From NCBI GenBank assembly GCA_963783385.1, contig CAWANJ010000009.1:32001-96000 (forward strand): 64,000 nt of DNA. Reading direction: 5' to 3'. Below the pieces are notes generated by a model. It worked only from the letters and a program-made list of their open reading frames with translations. It was not told the origin of the DNA and ran no database searches. The stretch comes from an uncultured Gemmatimonadales bacterium. Lineage in GTDB: Bacteria > Gemmatimonadota > Gemmatimonadetes > Palauibacterales > Palauibacteraceae. Position numbers and translations under genes: made by a program. Of the stretch, positions 32,300 through 41,894 are shown piece by piece (the stretch's first letter is position 1; the number at the start of each line of letters is the position of its first letter).

Positions 32300-32359
32300 G
32301 CTCCCGCAGCTTCCCCCGGGCGCAGAGGAGGATCGGCCGGCGGGCTCGCCCCCTCGCGG

Positions 32360-32779
32360 CTACGAGCCCCGGCGGCCTCTCCGTCCGGACCCCGACCGCA
32401 GGCCCTCGCCGATCCGGTAGCGCGCGGCGAAGTCCTGGTCCACTCGGAACAGGCCGCCGAAGTCCTCGATCCGGTCGTCGTCACCCAGGGAGACGGTGCC
32501 GTACGCAACCAGCTCGGACACGATGCGGCCGATGTCCTCGGACGCGTGGATCCCCCAGCTCTCCAGCACCGCGTCTCCGAGGGACCCGAAGTGCCGGGCG
32601 GCCAGCTCGAGCACGCCCTCGGCGCAATCACGGGCCGTCAGATTCCGGTGCTCCGGCAGGTGGGAGACGGTGACCGACAGGCTCTCGTTGACGAGGGCGT
32701 AGGCACGGGGATCGTAGCGGTGACGCTCGACGCGTCGCCGCCGGGGCTGGCGCTTTCGCTTCGCGGTCTGCTCGTTCAT
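32360..32779 (-). CDS. Minf_1886-like conserved protein, copy 2
   Basis: Close paralogue of 26384..26803 (RHRYDPRAYALV, SWGIHASEDIGRIV). Confidence 0.8.
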   Translation of the reverse strand: MNEQTAKRKRQPRRRRVERHRYDPRAYALVNESLSVTVSHLPEHRNLTARDCAEGVLELAARHFGSLGDAVLESWGIHASEDIGRIVSELVAYGTVSLGDDDRIEDFGGLFRVDQDFAARYRIGEGLRSGSGRRGRRGS

Positions 32780-33059
32780 GATCGCCCCGCGGTCGGGAGT
32801 CGGTCCGGACGTGGCGAGGATCGCCCGTCCACGACGCCACGTGGATCGCATCCGGCGTTCCGACAGGCGGCGGACGGGCGGACGATGGGATAAGTGCAGG
32901 AAAGGGCTAAGGTTGGGGAGCGGGCAGTCGAGGGAGGCCTGCGGGAGGTTAGGTCGCCGCTCCCCTCATTCTGCGGGAGACGTGCATTCTGCGGCGGGAG
33001 GGGCGGCGGGCGCGGCTTCCCGAATGCGGCCTCGCGAGCCCGTTGGCCGCCGTCTCCCC

Positions 33060-33915
33060 TCACACCCCCAGCGCCTCCAGCCACAGCCGCCGGACCTCGC
33101 TGGCCCCACGGGCCGCGGGCTCGATCACCAGGTGACGCCAGTACCAGCGGGCGGCCGGGTCGGGCTCGGTGAGGCCGTGGCCGAGGAAGTGGTCGTGGAT
33201 GGGGATGACGGTCGCCCGCGCTTCGCCTGCGACCGCCTCCACGCGGCGGTTGAAGGAGGCGAGCGCCTCGAGCTCGCGCGGGCGGCTCACGCCGTCTCCC
33301 AGGTCGCCAGTCCCGTCGCTCGGATCGTAGACCGTTCCGACGAGCAGCGTCGCGGCGGGGAAACGGGTGCGGAGGTCGGCCACCACCCGCTCCAGGGTGT
33401 GGGCCGCCTCCTCGACCAGCGCCGGCGGCCGGATCCCGGGCGCCGGGGGCGGGCCCGGCTGATCCCATGTCGAGGAGGCCCACCAGGTCGTTCCCCCCGG
33501 CCGTGAGCGTGACCAGGACGGGCCCCTCGATCTCCTCCGGGATGCGCGGGAGCTGGAGGCGGAGCACGCTGGCCGTGGTGGCGCCGTCCTCGGTCAGGTC
33601 CACGCGCCGGATCCCGGGGCACAGCGAGGTCAGGTCGCGGCCCGCGAACGCCGGCCAGCGCCGGTCGTCGTTCCGGTGGAGGAGGGAGGCGGCGCCGAGG
33701 CCCGGAGGCATGTTCGAGAGCCCCTCGCGCTCGGCGGCGTCCAGTCCCGGATACAGGTCGATGGACATGCTGTCCCCAAGGGACAGGTAGGTGTGGAAGG
33801 CGGGAAGGGGGCGGAGTTCCTCCGCGGCGTCCTGCCGCCGGCCGAACGCCTCCCGGCCGCCCTCGCGCACCTGCGCCAGGAGGTGGGTGACCGTGCTGGC
33901 GCGAGACTCAGCCAT
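33060..33915 (-). CDS. SGNH/GDSL hydrolase, copy 2; frameshift at ~33440; ECF-sigma-like N-terminal peptide
   Basis: LGDSMSID, TAGGND, VYDPSDG, WRHLVIEP; paralogue of 27133..27940. Confidence 0.85.
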
Positions 33916-34209
33916 CGACCCGGGAAGGAATCAAGCGATCTCCTCCGTTTCGGCTCGCTCCTCGCCCCAAGCGAGCGCGCCGGGCCATGGCGGTCAAGCG
34001 CCGCGCCGGGTGGGAATCGAAAAGCTCGGTGCGGATCGTGGGCTTCCGGACCTGGCTCGCGACCGTTCGGCCCGGGACGTCCGGGGTTGACGCGACACAA
34101 TGCCGGAAGGTTAGGTGGGACTCAAGTCGTGCAGTAGCGATGGGATATCCACTGCACATCCGAGTGAACCAGGCCCCGCGAGGACGAGGCCGACTTCCGG
34201 GAGGAACCC

Positions 34210-34263
34210 ATGGCTACGGACTGGACGGTCGACGTCAAGAAGTACGCGAAGAAGCCCGACCCG
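34210..34263 (+). pseudogene. 5' fragment of a DUF2853 gene
   Basis: MATDWTVDVKKYAKKPD matches the gene at 28362, with the same leader; similarity stops where the repeat begins. Confidence 0.85.
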
Positions 34264-34337
34264 GGGATAGGAATTTCGAGCGGCCTTCTGCCTACGAGGC
34301 AGGCGCTTCAATGGCAGAGTAGAAGGGCGTGGTCCGC
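34264..34337. repeat. Dispersed intergenic repeat, copy 1
   Basis: 67/74 identical to 37660..37733; contains the CTGCCT-N3-AGGCAG hairpin. Confidence 0.9.
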
Positions 34338-34541
34338 AGTCCCGGAGGGGGGCTCCTCCACCGCCAAGCGGGGTAGAATGACCAACGCCGAGGGGTCGCC
34401 GCAGTCCTTCTCCAGCCTCCCGGCGGGGACGGCCCCCTGGAGGCGGATGTCCTGGAGGGGGCGGGCCTCCGCTATCATTCGCAGTCCACACACCTCGCGC
34501 CGCGACCCGGCCGTCGTCTCGACGGCCCTCCAGGAGAGCCC

Positions 34542-35156
34542 TTGGCCCCCGACGACTGCCCTACCCTCGATACGGCCCTGCGGACCAAGCTGGCGAAGCT
34601 CAGCGACGAGGGGCGGGAGACCTGGACCCGCTTCGATCGCGAAGTCCGCAGCCGCCGCTGGCACCCCTTCATGCCCGCCGACTACGAGAAGGTCCTCCAG
34701 GCGCTGATAGCCCTGAGGAGGCCGGGGCTCCGCTTCCTGGAGTGGGGATCGGCCACGGGCGTCGTCGCCATCATGGCCGACCTCCTGGGCTACGAAGCGT
34801 ACGGCATCGAGCTGGACGAGGACCTCGTGGCAATCTCTCTCGAGATGGCCCGCCAGTACGGCTCCGGCGCCCGCTTCGTCGCGGGCAGCCTCCTGCCCAC
34901 CGGCTACACGTGGCGGCCCCACGACGGCGACGGGCGGCTGGGGACGGTGGGCGAGGGCGCGTCGGGCTACCCGAGGCTCGGGCTCTCCCTGGACGACTTC
35001 GACGTGGTGTACGCGTATCCCTGGGGCGGGGAGGAGGCCATGATGCACGACCTCATGCGGGCCCGGGGCGCCCGAGATGCGGACCTCCTCCTGCAGAAGT
35101 CCTCGGGAGACGTCGAGTCCTTCAGGAACGGGAAGCCCCGCAGGTGGCCGGGTTAA
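34542..35156 (+). CDS. SAM-dependent methyltransferase-like protein
   Basis: FMPADY, FLEWGSATGVV, YGIE, FDVVYAYPW. Confidence 0.8.
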   Translation: MAPDDCPTLDTALRTKLAKLSDEGRETWTRFDREVRSRRWHPFMPADYEKVLQALIALRRPGLRFLEWGSATGVVAIMADLLGYEAYGIELDEDLVAISLEMARQYGSGARFVAGSLLPTGYTWRPHDGDGRLGTVGEGASGYPRLGLSLDDFDVVYAYPWGGEEAMMHDLMRARGARDADLLLQKSSGDVESFRNGKPRRWPG

Positions 35157-35276
35157 CCCTCGGGGGCCTGGCCCTCCAACGCGGCTGTCCCGGGTGATCC
35201 GCACCGCCTCCTCCGCGCCGAGCCGGGTCTGGCGGTCGAGCTCATGCGCGGCTCGCGATCAGGCTTCGTCCCCCAC

Positions 35277-37445
35277 CTACGAGAGCTTCTGCAGTACCGC
35301 CTGGAACCGGGGATCACCATGGAGCGAGGCCAGGTCGGCGTCGTTCTCGACCCACCCGCGCAATCCGAATCCCAGGTTCACCGCCTTCTCCAGGCAGTCG
35401 AGCGCCTCGTCCCGCTCGCCCTGTACGGCAAAGAAGCACGCGGTGTTGTAGAGCAGTCCCGAATCCTCGGGGTCGGCCGCCAGCGCCCGCCGAGCCCATT
35501 CAAGACCAAGCTCCTTCTGCCCTCGGCGGGCCAATGCGACCGCACCCAGGTTGAGCGCCCGTGCATCCTCGGGGTTGAGTTCGAGGTGACGCTCGGTCAA
35601 CTGGAGCGTTCGGACATAGATCGCATCGCTTTCCGACCTGCGGCCCAGGCCCTCGAGGCACATGGCGAGAAAGTTGTGGGCGAGATAGTCATCCGGGCGG
35701 AGCCGGCATGCTTCCTCGAACTCCGTGACCGCCCGCGCGAGCTTCCCTTGTTGCAGGAGCGCCCGGCCGTAGAAGTAGTGCGCCTCGAACAGCTTCGCGC
35801 TGAGGCGAATCGCGGTCTCGAACTCCCGGTTCGCCTCGTCGAACTGCTTGGCAAACGCGAGCGCCAGGCCGCGGGAGGCGTGTACCTCGGCCAGCTCCGG
35901 GTCCAGCTCGATCGCCTTCCGGCTGGCCGAGTCGGCCCGTTCCAGGTGCGCCGCGCTGGCGTCCCAGTAGGTGTAGATGAACGCGGAGCAATCGGCGATG
36001 CCCGCGTGGGCCAGCGCGTAGTCGGGGTCGATCTGGATGGCGCGCTCGAACATACGCCGCGCGTGTTCGACCCCTTTCCGCCGCCACTGATGGAAGAACT
36101 GCCGGCCCCGGAGGTAGAACTCGTAGGCCTCCACGTTGGCGGTCGGGGCCTTCTCGATGGCGCGCTTGGCCTTGTCACTCAGGACGACGCGCAACGCCTT
36201 GGCGATGCTCTGCGCGATTTCGTCCTGAATCGCGAAGACGTCCTCCATGTCGCGGTCGTACCGTTCGGACCAGACGTGGTAGCCGTCGGCGACGTTGATG
36301 AGCTGGGCGGTGATCCGGAGCTTGTTCCCCGCTTTGCGCACGCTGCCGCCGAGCACGCTGCCCACGTTGAGCTGGCGGCCGATCTCCTGAACGTCCTGTT
36401 CCTTGCCCTTGAAGCCGAACGCCGAGGTTCGCGATGCGACCTGCAGCTCCTCGATCTTCATCAGCGCGTTGATCAGCTCCTCGGCCATCCCCTCACAGAA
36501 GTACTCCTGGTCGCGCTGGGGGCTCATGTCGGCGAACGGGAGCACCGCGATGGACTTGGTTGAATGGGACGCCGGCGCCGCCACCGCGGTGGCGGTGGGT
36601 GGCGTGATCATCTTGGGCGACCCCAGCGCCCGCGCTACCAGCGCCGCGGAGTCGAACCGCTCCGCCGGCTCCCGGGCCAGGGACCTGGTCACCACCAGCT
36701 CCAACTCACCGGTCACCTCCGTCCGCGTCGCCCGCACCGACGGCACCGGGTCGGTGAACCGCTTGGTGATCGACGCCTGCGGCGTCGAGCCCGTGAACGG
36801 GGCGCCGCCGGTCAGCATCTCGAACAGAACGCAGCCCAGGCTGTAGACGTCACTCCGGCCGTCGGGCTCGCTCTCGCCCATGGCCTGCTCCGGACTCATG
36901 TACGCCGGCGTCCCCACCGCCATCCCGGTCTGCGTCATTCGCTGCCCGCCCGCCGCACTCACGGCCTTGGCGATCCCGAAGTCGGTGACGATGGCCTCGC
37001 CCTCGTTGAGCATGACGTTTTCGGGCTTGATGTCCCGGTGCATGACCCCGTGGCGGTGGGCGTAGTCGAGCGCGGCCGCAATGTCCCGGCCCAGCTTCAC
37101 CGCGTCTTCGACGGGGAGTCGCTTCTCCCGTTCGAGGCGGTCCCGCAGCGACTCGCCCTCGACGAAAGGCATGACGTAGTAGAGCAGGGTGTCGGCCTGG
37201 CCGGAGTCGTACAGCGGGAGAATGTGGGGGTGTTGTAGCCGAGCGGCGATCTGGATCTCGCGCAGGAACCGCTCGGACCCCAGGCTGGCGGCCAGCTCGG
37301 GGTGCAGGACCTTGAGGGCCACTTCGCGATTGTGCTTCAGGTCCCGGGCGAGGAACACCGTCGCCATGCCGCCCCGACCGACCTCGCGCTGGACCTCGTA
37401 GCGTCCCGCGAGGGCTGACTGGAGGCGATCCTGTATGGTGGACAT
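35277..37445 (-). CDS. Ser/Thr protein kinase with TolB-like and TPR domains
   Basis: GRGGMATV, VALK, HRDIKPEN, DFGIA, GTPAYMSPEQ; then SIAVLPF, TPRs, DPRFQ. Confidence 0.95.
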   Translation of the reverse strand: MSTIQDRLQSALAGRYEVQREVGRGGMATVFLARDLKHNREVALKVLHPELAASLGSERFLREIQIAARLQHPHILPLYDSGQADTLLYYVMPFVEGESLRDRLEREKRLPVEDAVKLGRDIAAALDYAHRHGVMHRDIKPENVMLNEGEAIVTDFGIAKAVSAAGGQRMTQTGMAVGTPAYMSPEQAMGESEPDGRSDVYSLGCVLFEMLTGGAPFTGSTPQASITKRFTDPVPSVRATRTEVTGELELVVTRSLAREPAERFDSAALVARALGSPKMITPPTATAVAAPASHSTKSIAVLPFADMSPQRDQEYFCEGMAEELINALMKIEELQVASRTSAFGFKGKEQDVQEIGRQLNVGSVLGGSVRKAGNKLRITAQLINVADGYHVWSERYDRDMEDVFAIQDEIAQSIAKALRVVLSDKAKRAIEKAPTANVEAYEFYLRGRQFFHQWRRKGVEHARRMFERAIQIDPDYALAHAGIADCSAFIYTYWDASAAHLERADSASRKAIELDPELAEVHASRGLALAFAKQFDEANREFETAIRLSAKLFEAHYFYGRALLQQGKLARAVTEFEEACRLRPDDYLAHNFLAMCLEGLGRRSESDAIYVRTLQLTERHLELNPEDARALNLGAVALARRGQKELGLEWARRALAADPEDSGLLYNTACFFAVQGERDEALDCLEKAVNLGFGLRGWVENDADLASLHGDPRFQAVLQKLS

Positions 37446-37491
37446 GGACTGACAACCTATTCCCGGAAGTCCGGCATGGCGAGGAATGCGA

Positions 37492-37612
37492 TCCTATACC
37501 GCTGAGCGGAGCCTCGAAGCGAGGATGCCCGTGCAGTGAGACCAGGTCCGGGTCGTTCCCGATCCAACCCTCGAGCCCGAATCCACCCTGCACGGCCCGT
37601 TCGAGAGCCCTG
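37492..37612 (-). pseudogene. C-terminal remnant of a second kinase/TPR paralogue
   Basis: ALERAVQGGFGLEGWIGNDPDLVSLHGHPRFEA aligns with CLEKAVNLGFGLRGWVENDADLASLHGDPRFQA of the adjacent kinase. Confidence 0.8.
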
Positions 37613-37659
37613 GCCCGTCCGGCGGTTCCATGCGCGGCGGTCTCGTGCATGGCGCCGAA

Positions 37660-37786
37660 GGGATAGGAACTTCAAGTGGCCTCCTGCCTCCGAGGCAGGC
37701 GCCTCGATGGCAGAGTAGAAGGGCGTGGTCCGCTCGACAAGAGGAAATGGAGAGCCCGAAACAGCCGGTCAGGGGTCATCTCGGCC
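37660..37786. repeat. Dispersed repeat, copy 2 (longest; includes the symporter stop codon)
   Basis: Left 74 bp match copy 1; the right ~90 bp match 39305..39392. Confidence 0.9.
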
Positions 37787-39049
37787 GCGCGTGAGCGCTG
37801 TCGCGACCTCCATCTCCTCCGCCCCCGCCCAGCGCGCCACCAGCGCGGCCGCCACCATGTCGCCCGTCGCATTCAGCGTCGTCGCGAACACGTCCGGGAT
37901 CGCGTCAACGGCAATGAGGAGGCCGATCCCCTCGATCGGGAGGCCGATGGCCAGGAAGAGGGGCGCCAGCATCAGGAAGCCGCCGCGTGGGACGCCCGGG
38001 CTGGCGGCGGCCAGGAACACAGCCGCCACCCCGACGATGGCCAGGTGGCCCGGGCCCACGGGGATGCCGTAGAACCACCCCACGAACAGCGCCCCCATCG
38101 TCCAGGAGACCGGCGCCGCGACGTGGAAGATGGAGACGGCGAGCGGCAGCACGAAGCCCGTGACGCGCTCGGAGATCCCGAGGCCATCCTCGCACCCCTC
38201 GACCATGACGGGCAGCGTCGCGATCGAGGAGCTGGTGCTGAGGGCGATGAGCTGGGCCGGGAGCGCGGCCCGCGTGAAGCCACCGAAGCCCGTCCGTCCC
38301 GCTCCCGCGGCCACGGGATAGAGGAGCGCGATGACCGTCACGCAGGCCGCCGAGTAGAGGACGATGAATCCGACCACCGCGCCGGCGAGACCCACCCCGG
38401 CGTGGGCCGCGAGGGGCAGGAGGAGCGCGAACACCCCGACCGGCGCGGCCGCCACCACCCAGCGCACCAGCACGAGCATGGCGTCGGCCAGCGCCTCGAA
38501 GAAACCGACGAGGGTGGCGCGGGACCTCGCCGGGCTCCGCGCGATGGCCAGGGCCAGTAGCAGCGTGAACACGATGAGAGGCAACATGGCCCCGTCGGCC
38601 GCCGAGGCCACGGGATTGGTCGGCACGAGCGACACGAGCCAGGCGCCGAAGCCGGTGGGCACCCGACTGGAGGTGACCTGCGCCGCGGCCTCGGCGGCGC
38701 CGGCCGGAAGCGGGGGCCGCGCGCCGATGGCGGGAAGGAGCTTCGCGAGCGCGCCGGCGGCCGGGATGAACACGACGGCGACCGCTGCCAGGAGGCCCAG
38801 GAAGACCAGGAGCGTCCGGCCGCCGATCCGGCCCACGTCGCGGAGATCGGAAACCGAGGCCACGCCCGTCACCAGGAGGGACACGACCAGCGGGATCACG
38901 GTCATACGGATGGCGTTCACCCACAGCGTCCCCACCGGCGCCACCCGGTCGGCGGCGTGGAGGAGGACCGGGCTCCCGGAGGCCGCGATGGCCGCGCCGC
39001 CGGCGATGCCGGCGACCACGGCCCCCGCGACCCAGCCGCTCGACTTCAC
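37769..39049 (-). CDS. Dicarboxylate/amino acid:cation symporter (DAACS family)
   Basis: NAIRMTVIPLVV, PTNPV, STSSSIATLP, GFVLPLA, AVDAIPD.F.T.LN.TGD. Confidence 0.93.
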   Translation of the reverse strand: MKSSGWVAGAVVAGIAGGAAIAASGSPVLLHAADRVAPVGTLWVNAIRMTVIPLVVSLLVTGVASVSDLRDVGRIGGRTLLVFLGLLAAVAVVFIPAAGALAKLLPAIGARPPLPAGAAEAAAQVTSSRVPTGFGAWLVSLVPTNPVASAADGAMLPLIVFTLLLALAIARSPARSRATLVGFFEALADAMLVLVRWVVAAAPVGVFALLLPLAAHAGVGLAGAVVGFIVLYSAACVTVIALLYPVAAGAGRTGFGGFTRAALPAQLIALSTSSSIATLPVMVEGCEDGLGISERVTGFVLPLAVSIFHVAAPVSWTMGALFVGWFYGIPVGPGHLAIVGVAAVFLAAASPGVPRGGFLMLAPLFLAIGLPIEGIGLLIAVDAIPDVFATTLNATGDMVAAALVARWAGAEEMEVATALTRGRDDP

Positions 39050-39053
39050 GCTG

Positions 39054-39250
39054 TCAGGTCGTCGTGAAGCCCGAGAAGACGAAATGGTACGCCTGGGTCT
39101 GAGCGTCCCAGTCGGCCCGGAAAGCGGTGGGATGCCGGCCCCTGAGCCCGGGCACGCTCGGGATCGGATAGCTGAAGGACTCTTTCTGCAATGGAAGGGC
39201 CTTCGTCAGCATCGGCTCGAGGAAGACGGGTTTGCCGGCGTAGTAGCCGC
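39054..39250 (-). pseudogene. C-terminal gene remnant, TTHB210/DUF5602-like
   Basis: Own translation: GYYAGKPVFLEPMLTKALPLQKESFSYPIP..HPTAFRADWDAQTQAYHFVFSGFTTT*; no start codon upstream of the homologous part before an in-frame TAA. Confidence 0.55.
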
Positions 39251-39304
39251 CCGCCGGCCCAATGACAGGTCTGCCGATTTACATCGTGAGTCCAGCGGGC
39301 ATCA

Positions 39305-39392
39305 AGGCAGGCGCTCCGATGGCAGAGTAGATCGGCGTGGTCCGCTCGGCAAACGGAGAGCCCGAAAGAGCCGGTCAGGGGTCACCTCGGCC
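39305..39392. repeat. Dispersed repeat, copy 3
   Basis: AGGCAGGCGC..GATGGCAGAGTAGA..GGCGTGGTCCGCTCG..GGAGAGCCCGAAA.AGCCGGTCAGGGGTCA.CTCGGCC shared with copy 2. Confidence 0.9.
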
Positions 39393-39434
39393 CCACGGGG
39401 GCGCAACGAGCGCGGGTCCCGTCGGGGAGGCGCC

Positions 39435-41573
39435 TCAGTCGCCCGCGGCCGCCGGGTCGGCGGGCGACGCCGGCCGGTTCAGCAGCGCCTGGAAGGCCGG
39501 CTCCTTCCGGAGCGGATCCCAGTTCGGGTCGAGTCGGAGCAACGCGGGAGAGATGTCGAGTCCGGCCGGCCTCTCCAGCAGGCTGCGCAGCAGCTCGAGC
39601 GCCTGCCCGGTCCGACCGACGCGGACGTACAGCCTGGCCAGCCAGCTCATGTAGGCGGTGCCGCTGAACGCGTCGCGGCTCGTCGGCATCAGGCCGGCCG
39701 CTCGCCGCCCCTCGGCCGCGGCCTCGTCCCCAAGACCCAGCCCGGCCAGCGCGAAGCCGAGCCCGAGGTGCAGCTCCGCGTCGTCCGGGCGTCCCGCGAC
39801 GGCGGCGGCCAGGGCAGACCGGACCGCAGCGTAGCTCACCTTCGCGCCCGCCGTGTCGCCGGCGGCTTCCTGGGCCCAGGCCAGGTAGAGCCGCCTGGGG
39901 AGGACGACGTTGCTCTGGTCGCTCCAGCCGTCCGACGCATCCGATCGGGCCTTCTCGATCGCGGCGGCGTAGTCGCGCGACCACCAGTCGAACCAGAAGA
40001 AGTCCCGGGCGTCGCCGGTGTAGCTGGGGCTGGCCCGCGTCACCGAGTCGAGGGCGGCGCCCAGCGGGGCGAGGTCTCCGGTCCATCGCACCGTGTTCTG
40101 GCCGCGCCCGACGCGCTCGTCGGCCGGGTCCCGGGCCAGGGCGGCCGCCTTCTGGTAGGCGCGGTCCGCCTCGGCGTAGCGGCGCAGGGACGCGTAGGTA
40201 AGGGCGAGCTGGTCGGGAGCCGCGGCGCTGCGCGGGTCCAGTACGGCCGCCTGCCCGAAGGCGGTCACGGCCCGGTCCCACTGGCCCCGGCGCCGCGCCA
40301 CCGCGGCCAGCAGCATCTCGACATCCGAGCTGTTGGGCAGGGTGCTCCGGGCCAGCTCCAGCTCCCGCAGCGCCCCGGCGTAGTCGCGGAAGCCCCAGTA
40401 ATCGTAGAGCGCCAGCGCGTAGTGGGCCTCTCCCAGGTCGGGCTGCTGGCCCAGGGCCAGCTGCGCCGCCGATCGGGCAGCGGCCAGGCGGGCGTCCGTG
40501 CGGTCGGCGCCGAACCAGTACATGTACATGTTGGCGCGGGCCAGCGCGGCGGCGGCGAGCGCGAAGCCCGGGTCCCGGGCCAGCGCCTGCTGGAGGAGCG
40601 GGATCGCGACCGTGAGCTCGACGCGGGACAGCGCGTTCTGGTCGTAGGCGCGCAGCGCGTGAGCATCGGCCCGCAGATAGAGGTCGAGGGCGGCCGTGTC
40701 GGTGGTGGCCGTCGCCGTGACGCGCTGCTCCTCGGCCGGGGTGAGCCTGGCATTGAGGGCCGCGGCGATCTTCTGCGCCACCTCGCTCTCGACGCCGAAG
40801 ATGTTGTCCAGGGTGCGCGTGTAGCTCGCGGCCCACAGATGATGGTCGGTGCGGGCGTCGATGAGCTGGACGTTGATGAGCACCTGGCGGCCGGCGCGCT
40901 GCACGCTGCCCTCGAGGACGTTCGCGACCCCGAGCTCGCGCCCCGCCGTTCGAAGATCGCCCGGGTGGCTCCCGTACGACTCCGTGGAGGAGCGGGACAC
41001 CACGGTGAGGTCGCCGATCCCGACGAGGCGGGTGAGGATCATGTCCTGGATGCCGCTGGCGAAGTAGGCGTTCGCCTTGTCCTCGCTGAGGCTCTCGAAC
41101 GGGAGCACGGCGATGGACCGGGGCGGCATCGTGGCCGGAGCGGAGAGCGGGAGGTCCGAGGGCGTCGGCAAGGTCCGGCCCGCGGCCGCCACGTGCGCGG
41201 GCTCGGCCGTGCTCCTGGTGAGCCTCCAGGCGAGCAGGCCGATGGCGGCCACGACCATGGCGATGATGACCCAGTCAATGGGGCGCAGCCGACCCCGGCC
41301 CGAGGGGGCGGCCCTGGCTCCCTCCACGCCGACCGGCACCGTGCGGCGCACACCCTCGGGCGTAACTTCGAACGCCCAGGCGATCACCAGCGACACCGGG
41401 AGGAAGAGAAGGAACAGGCCGATCACGGCCCTGAGGGCCTGGGGCGGGGCGCCATAGGCGGGCAACATGATCGAGGCGAGCTGCACGAGGAGCCCGCCCG
41501 TGACCACGTAGGCGACGGCGACCCAATGGACATGGCGGCGGCGAAGCTCACGCAGGAAGCTCGACAGGCTCAT
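39435..41573 (-). CDS. Membrane-anchored TolB-like/TPR protein, paralogue 3
   Basis: FLRELRRRHVHWVAVAY, SIAVLPFESLS, YTRTLDN.FGVE, DPNWDPLRKEPAFQ. Confidence 0.88.
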   Translation of the reverse strand: MSLSSFLRELRRRHVHWVAVAYVVTGGLLVQLASIMLPAYGAPPQALRAVIGLFLLFLPVSLVIAWAFEVTPEGVRRTVPVGVEGARAAPSGRGRLRPIDWVIIAMVVAAIGLLAWRLTRSTAEPAHVAAAGRTLPTPSDLPLSAPATMPPRSIAVLPFESLSEDKANAYFASGIQDMILTRLVGIGDLTVVSRSSTESYGSHPGDLRTAGRELGVANVLEGSVQRAGRQVLINVQLIDARTDHHLWAASYTRTLDNIFGVESEVAQKIAAALNARLTPAEEQRVTATATTDTAALDLYLRADAHALRAYDQNALSRVELTVAIPLLQQALARDPGFALAAAALARANMYMYWFGADRTDARLAAARSAAQLALGQQPDLGEAHYALALYDYWGFRDYAGALRELELARSTLPNSSDVEMLLAAVARRRGQWDRAVTAFGQAAVLDPRSAAAPDQLALTYASLRRYAEADRAYQKAAALARDPADERVGRGQNTVRWTGDLAPLGAALDSVTRASPSYTGDARDFFWFDWWSRDYAAAIEKARSDASDGWSDQSNVVLPRRLYLAWAQEAAGDTAGAKVSYAAVRSALAAAVAGRPDDAELHLGLGFALAGLGLGDEAAAEGRRAAGLMPTSRDAFSGTAYMSWLARLYVRVGRTGQALELLRSLLERPAGLDISPALLRLDPNWDPLRKEPAFQALLNRPASPADPAAAGD

Positions 41574-41894
41574 GCGCGGGCGCATTCCCTGGAGGCGCGC
41601 CACGAGGCGGATCGAACCCAGGGGAGGAAGGCGTCCGTGCGGTTCTCCCGGCGTCGGGGGTGGCTCGTGTTGGCGCCTCCGGTCGCTCCCGGAGGACCGC
41701 CCCGCGGGAGCGCGAAACGGCGAGAAACTCTCGGTCGAAGCTAGCTGGGAAGACCGGGCCTCGCAACGAGTCGCGGGCCCCGGAGCGTCACAACGTCGGC
41801 CTCCATCCGGGGTGGATGTCCCGGCCCGGGAGAACGGTGGGGCGGCTTTGCGACACGGCCCGCACCCGGAACACGCGCTCCAGCAGCTCCGCCC

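Noticed and set aside
39345-39392. c-di-GMP-I riboswitch (GGCAAAC...GAAA)
   Set aside because: The stem around GAAA does not pair well, the downstream GCAAAG is missing, and copy 2 lacks GGCAAAC.
34264-39392. Integron attC cassette array
   Set aside because: The repeats lack RYYYAAC/GTTRRRY ends and long dyad symmetry, and no integron integrase is present.
22011-41573. Diversity-generating retroelement acting on the TPR paralogues
   Set aside because: No reverse transcriptase, and I saw no template/variable repeat pair differing specifically at adenines.
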